A DNA stretch of 37,736 bases, from IMG/VR virus record IMGVR_UViG_3300036805_000228, positions 1-37,736 of that record. The stretch is one strand, 5' to 3'. Position numbers and translations under genes: made by a program. How positions within the stretch are numbered: the stretch's first letter is position 1; each line of letters starts with the position of its first letter. This stretch comes from a virus (taxonomy: Duplodnaviria > Caudoviricetes). Under the pieces are notes generated by a model, which saw nothing but the letters and a program-made list of their open reading frames with translations, had not been told where the DNA came from and did no database searches. Positions 35,080 to 37,736 of this stretch are shown one piece after another.

Positions 35080-35405
35080 TTGAAGTCTCCATCGTGAACA
35101 ATGGCTACGTCGCCGTGGATCTGGTGTAGTGTTCCCGGCTTACAAACCGAATGGTAGAGTTCGGTTGCTTTGGGATTTGCCGGCTTGCCGTCGATCATGC
35201 CGGTGTCGTCGCACAGCATGACGACCATCGCATTGCCGACGGCATCACGCCGTAGCGTCACGCTGTCCAGGCAGCTTGCGCCGACGTCGGCTTGAATCCC
35301 GCGCAATGTCGGCCGGCACTGGAAGCGCTCGACCGCGCCAGTGGTGCGAACGATGAAGTACTCGCCGCGCCGCACGTAGGTGAGCGGATGGCGTTTAGAA
35401 GTCAA
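35076..35405 (-). CDS. DUF3846-like protein
   Basis: LRGIQADVG...MLCDDTG...PANPKATEL...IHGDVAI pattern. Confidence 0.6.
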   Translation of the reverse strand: MTSKRHPLTYVRRGEYFIVRTTGAVERFQCRPTLRGIQADVGASCLDSVTLRRDAVGNAMVVMLCDDTGMIDGKPANPKATELYHSVCKPGTLHQIHGDVAIVHDGDFK

Positions 35406-36501
35406 ATCTGCCCCCTTTCGCCGGTGCGGATGCCGCGGGCTTCTTTGGCGCCGTCTCGGCCTCGACCTCTTTCGTCTCCGATTCAGCGGCTTTCGTCTCG
35501 GCCTTGGCGGGCGCAGCGGCCTTGGCTGGTGCCTTCGCCGGCGTCGCTGCGGCTGCGGTCGATACGCCGCGTCGCTGCGCCGTGTCGATCTGATCCTTGA
35601 GGTAGGTTAGGTGCTCGACAGAGCGGCCGCGATATTGCTGCCGGCTGACTGTCTTCTGGCCCTCGTTCCAACCGAGCTGCGTCATTGCGGCCTCGATGTT
35701 CGCGGTCTCGAGCGTGCCAAAGACCTCTTCGACCGTCTTATCGCCGGCCATAATCTCTTTCTGCATGACCTTGAACGCGAGCAGTTTCTCGCCGATGATG
35801 TCCTGCACGCCCTGAACCTGCAGGGTGCTGAAAAGCATGTCGCCGGTGATATCCGCGGCCTTCGCCCATTGCAGCAGTTCGTCGCGTGTCTTGACCGTGC
35901 TCTCGAGGTTGCCGATGGCAACCTCTTTGCTCTTGAGATAGGTGGGATACCAGACGCCCTTGCCAATGCCGTTGAGTACGGCGTTGCGGAAGGCGATCGA
36001 GGCCGCAGCCATACCAGTCACGCCCACCATGTCGGCGTTGAACCGCGCGCCGTCCTTATTCGTGATGCGTCGCGCAACCTCACGGCCGTGCCGGTAGTTG
36101 GTCTCGCAATCAAAGTAAATGCCCTGCGCGCGAACAAACTCGGCATCGGACCCGACGACGCGGCAAAGCGTCATATTGTTGCCCCATGACGCGGCCAGGA
36201 TTTCAGCGAAGCGAACCGAGGCGCCCATCTTGTTGCCACCGGCCCGCGGCAGGGAGTAGTTCATCTCGAGCGCGATCGCCGGCGAGTAACAGGTTCGCTC
36301 CTCGAGCGTCTTGAGCACGCGCGACATGATCCGCGGATATTTGCGCGCGAACTCCATCTGCATTTCCAGCTCGCCCTTGTTGAGCTTGGTGAGTGCCTGC
36401 GAGTCTTCGCCGATTTCGCGATCCTCTTCGCCGAGGTCATCGGTGGGCGGCAATACCTCGGGTTCGGGGGATGTGGGCTGGGTCTCGCGCTTTGCAGCCA
36501 T
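35395..36501 (-). CDS. Putative single-strand annealing / recombination protein
   Basis: AAGGAG SD before ATG 36501; ARKYPR...YSLPR...GASVRFAE...WGN...AASIAFRNAVL core. Function inferred from linkage to the exonuclease. Confidence 0.55.
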   Translation of the reverse strand: MAAKRETQPTSPEPEVLPPTDDLGEEDREIGEDSQALTKLNKGELEMQMEFARKYPRIMSRVLKTLEERTCYSPAIALEMNYSLPRAGGNKMGASVRFAEILAASWGNNMTLCRVVGSDAEFVRAQGIYFDCETNYRHGREVARRITNKDGARFNADMVGVTGMAAASIAFRNAVLNGIGKGVWYPTYLKSKEVAIGNLESTVKTRDELLQWAKAADITGDMLFSTLQVQGVQDIIGEKLLAFKVMQKEIMAGDKTVEEVFGTLETANIEAAMTQLGWNEGQKTVSRQQYRGRSVEHLTYLKDQIDTAQRRGVSTAAAATPAKAPAKAAAPAKAETKAAESETKEVEAETAPKKPAASAPAKGGRFDF

Positions 36502-36520
36502 TAGATAGCTCCTTTTTTGC

Positions 36521-36688
36521 TTAAATGCCGAATTGTTGTTCCAGGTGTTCGCGAATAAAGGTGCGAACACCGTCTTTCTTAGGTGCGACTCTCTCGATGT
36601 TCTTGAGCGTCACTTGCGACAGGCGCACGGTGAGTGCGACGCGACGCTGCGACTTCCTGGGTAGGGCTTTCTTCACAACTGCTGGCAT
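36521..36688 (-). CDS. Ribbon-helix-helix (Arc/CopG-like) regulator (55 aa)
   Basis: VALTVRLS strand followed by two helices (..TFIREHLEQ); GGAGGA SD before ATG 36688. Confidence 0.7.
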   Translation of the reverse strand: MPAVVKKALPRKSQRRVALTVRLSQVTLKNIERVAPKKDGVRTFIREHLEQQFGI

Positions 36689-36735
36689 GGGTGATTCCTC
36701 CGGGCGGATGACAGACAAGGCAACTGCATAGGAAG

Positions 36736-36751
36736 AGTACACCATTGGTGT
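36736..36751 (-). promoter_or_regulatory. Putative operator/promoter motif AGTACAC-N4-GGTGT, copy 1
   Basis: Contains palindrome ACACCA-T-TGGTGT; upstream of the RHH gene; matches copy 2. Confidence 0.5.
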
Positions 36752-36817
36752 GTAGTTTGGGCCGGCACTGGGGATGCCGGCCGCCGAAGCAGGGCGCGCA
36801 GGACATGTGGACGATGC

Positions 36818-37123
36818 TCACTCGTCACCCCGCAGCAGATGCCCACGACCGGCGTCGATCATGGCTTCGCGGTAAGACGTGGGTTCGGGGCGATCCGCGG
36901 CGACGAGCGGACGTGGATCCGGCTCAGGATTGCCGAAGCGTTCACGCTCCTCGCTGGTCAGATCAAACGACGTGAACTGCGCCAGTAGGCCGCGGCTGTA
37001 GTTGTCGGCGTGGCCGAGGAAGCTAGTCGCCTGGGCCAGCGTGCGGAACTGGTACTTGCGTCCCAGATGATGGGCGTACCAGTTCATCTTGTCGTAATCG
37101 ACAGTGAAGGGCTTGTCAGGCAT
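36818..37123 (-). CDS. Hypothetical protein (101 aa)
   Basis: GGAGGA SD; overlaps the upstream gene end. Confidence 0.7.
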   Translation of the reverse strand: MPDKPFTVDYDKMNWYAHHLGRKYQFRTLAQATSFLGHADNYSRGLLAQFTSFDLTSEERERFGNPEPDPRPLVAADRPEPTSYREAMIDAGRGHLLRGDE

Positions 37124-37358
37124 GAGACTTATCCTCCACGGTCACGTCGATCGTCTTCAGCTCGTCGACGGGCTGGTAATAGGGTTTGGCGTCGCCCGAA
37201 AGCAGGCGCACAGTGGCATGCAACGCTTTGGCCATGTCGGGATGCGCTTCGCGGTAGTCCTCGGCGTAGGCTTCGAGCCGGATGCGCAGACGCCCGAGAG
37301 TCTCGGCCTGCTCGGCGGGAATCATCCAGCCACATACGGGAATGCATTTGATTGGCAT
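37116..37358 (-). CDS. Hypothetical protein (80 aa)
   Basis: GGAGG SD before ATG 37358; first gene of the leftward unit. Confidence 0.6.
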   Translation of the reverse strand: MPIKCIPVCGWMIPAEQAETLGRLRIRLEAYAEDYREAHPDMAKALHATVRLLSGDAKPYYQPVDELKTIDVTVEDKSHA

Positions 37359-37381
37359 AGCAGGAAGTGCCTCCGACAGAC

Positions 37382-37428
37382 ATAGTACACGCGCGGTGTA
37401 CCGGCGCAAGTAGGAAATGTAGGAAATG
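37382..37428 (-). promoter_or_regulatory. Leftward sigma70-like promoter overlapping operator copy 2, plus a GTAGGAAAT tandem repeat
   Basis: - strand TTGCGC-N16-TACTAT; palindrome GTACAC-N5-GTGTAC (37385-37401); GTAGGAAAT x2 (37410-37427). Confidence 0.5.
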
Positions 37429-37469
37429 AGACATCCCGTCGAGCACCTTGGTATACCCTAGCGAACACC

Positions 37470-37736
37470 ATGGCTCTCGACCTTGCCTACTTGGTACTCG
37501 AAAGGTGTCCCCTGCGCGGCCAGCTTTTTCGCGCTTTGCTGATCGTCGCGCTCGACGCGGATGACAAGGATTACGTCCAAATCAGCGTGCGCAAGCTCGC
37601 CCGCTGGGGCCGCTTCACCAAGCGCCACGCCCAGGAAATGTTCGAACAACTGCAGCGCCAGGGTTGGCTCTTGCGCGCCTATGAGCGCGGCGATAGTCGA
37701 GCTCGCCGCCTGGTCATCCGGCGCCGGTTGCTCAGC
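37470..37736 (+). CDS. Winged-helix (HTH_36-like) protein, possibly a replication initiator N-terminus; 3' truncated and absent from the ORF track
   Basis: Own translation: MALDLAYLVLERCPLRGQLFRALLIVALDADDKDYVQISVRKLARWGRFTKRHAQEMFEQLQRQGWLLR..., open to the window end. Matches the 'LLxxAxxADxxxxxxxSxxxLA...LxxxGWL' pattern. Confidence 0.7.
   Translation, partial: MALDLAYLVLERCPLRGQLFRALLIVALDADDKDYVQISVRKLARWGRFTKRHAQEMFEQLQRQGWLLRAYERGDSRARRLVIRRRLLS

Larger units (their letters stand above)
1..37736. mobile_element. Tailed phage/prophage genome segment (podovirus-like morphogenesis module plus early replication/recombination module)
   Basis: Terminase motifs, capsid-like C-terminus, adaptor/nozzle-like genes, ejection-type proteins, four HNH genes, DnaB and recombination genes. 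Tightly packed operons, no host housekeeping genes, no tape-measure or sheath gene. Confidence 0.95.

Noticed and set aside
37458-37736. Minus-strand ORF 37458..37649
   Set aside because: Antisense shadow of the + strand winged-helix gene.

Overview
The whole window is a GC-rich tailed-phage or prophage segment with podovirus-like (P22/T7-style) architecture. The + strand late operon (1-24480) runs: C-terminus of a major capsid protein, two unknowns, head-tail adaptor, a gp10/nozzle-like tail protein, a three-repeat fibre-like protein, two HNH endonucleases flanking a GNAT-like gene, ejection-type proteins, a HExxH protein, a 3055-aa polyvalent protein, TerS, and a TerL split in two by an HNH gene. 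The 3055-aa protein carries FtsK-gamma-like, Acb1-like 2H phosphoesterase, GGDEF, SH3-like, ParB-like and degenerate zincin segments. A convergent - strand early region (24472-37358) encodes DnaB, an HNH, a HerA-like ATPase, a Rad50/SbcC-like ATPase, DUF1653, a Cas4/RecB-like nuclease, a putative annealing protein and an RHH regulator. A divergent promoter region and a winged-helix ORF running off the right edge follow. The strongest leads are: (1) an 83-aa ORF at the strand junction that fuses a twin-arginine (Tat) signal to a peptide matching the phage's own capsid protein (11/22 identical residues, synonymous sites diverged), i.e. a possible capsid-mimic system; (2) a tandem cyclic-nucleotide eraser-plus-writer (2H + GGDEF) inside a probably injected virion protein; (3) a terminase in two pieces with no room for intron sequence. 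All family assignments come from motif recognition by eye; no searches were run. No portal, lysis genes, integrase, tRNA or CRISPR array were seen, and the host cannot be determined.
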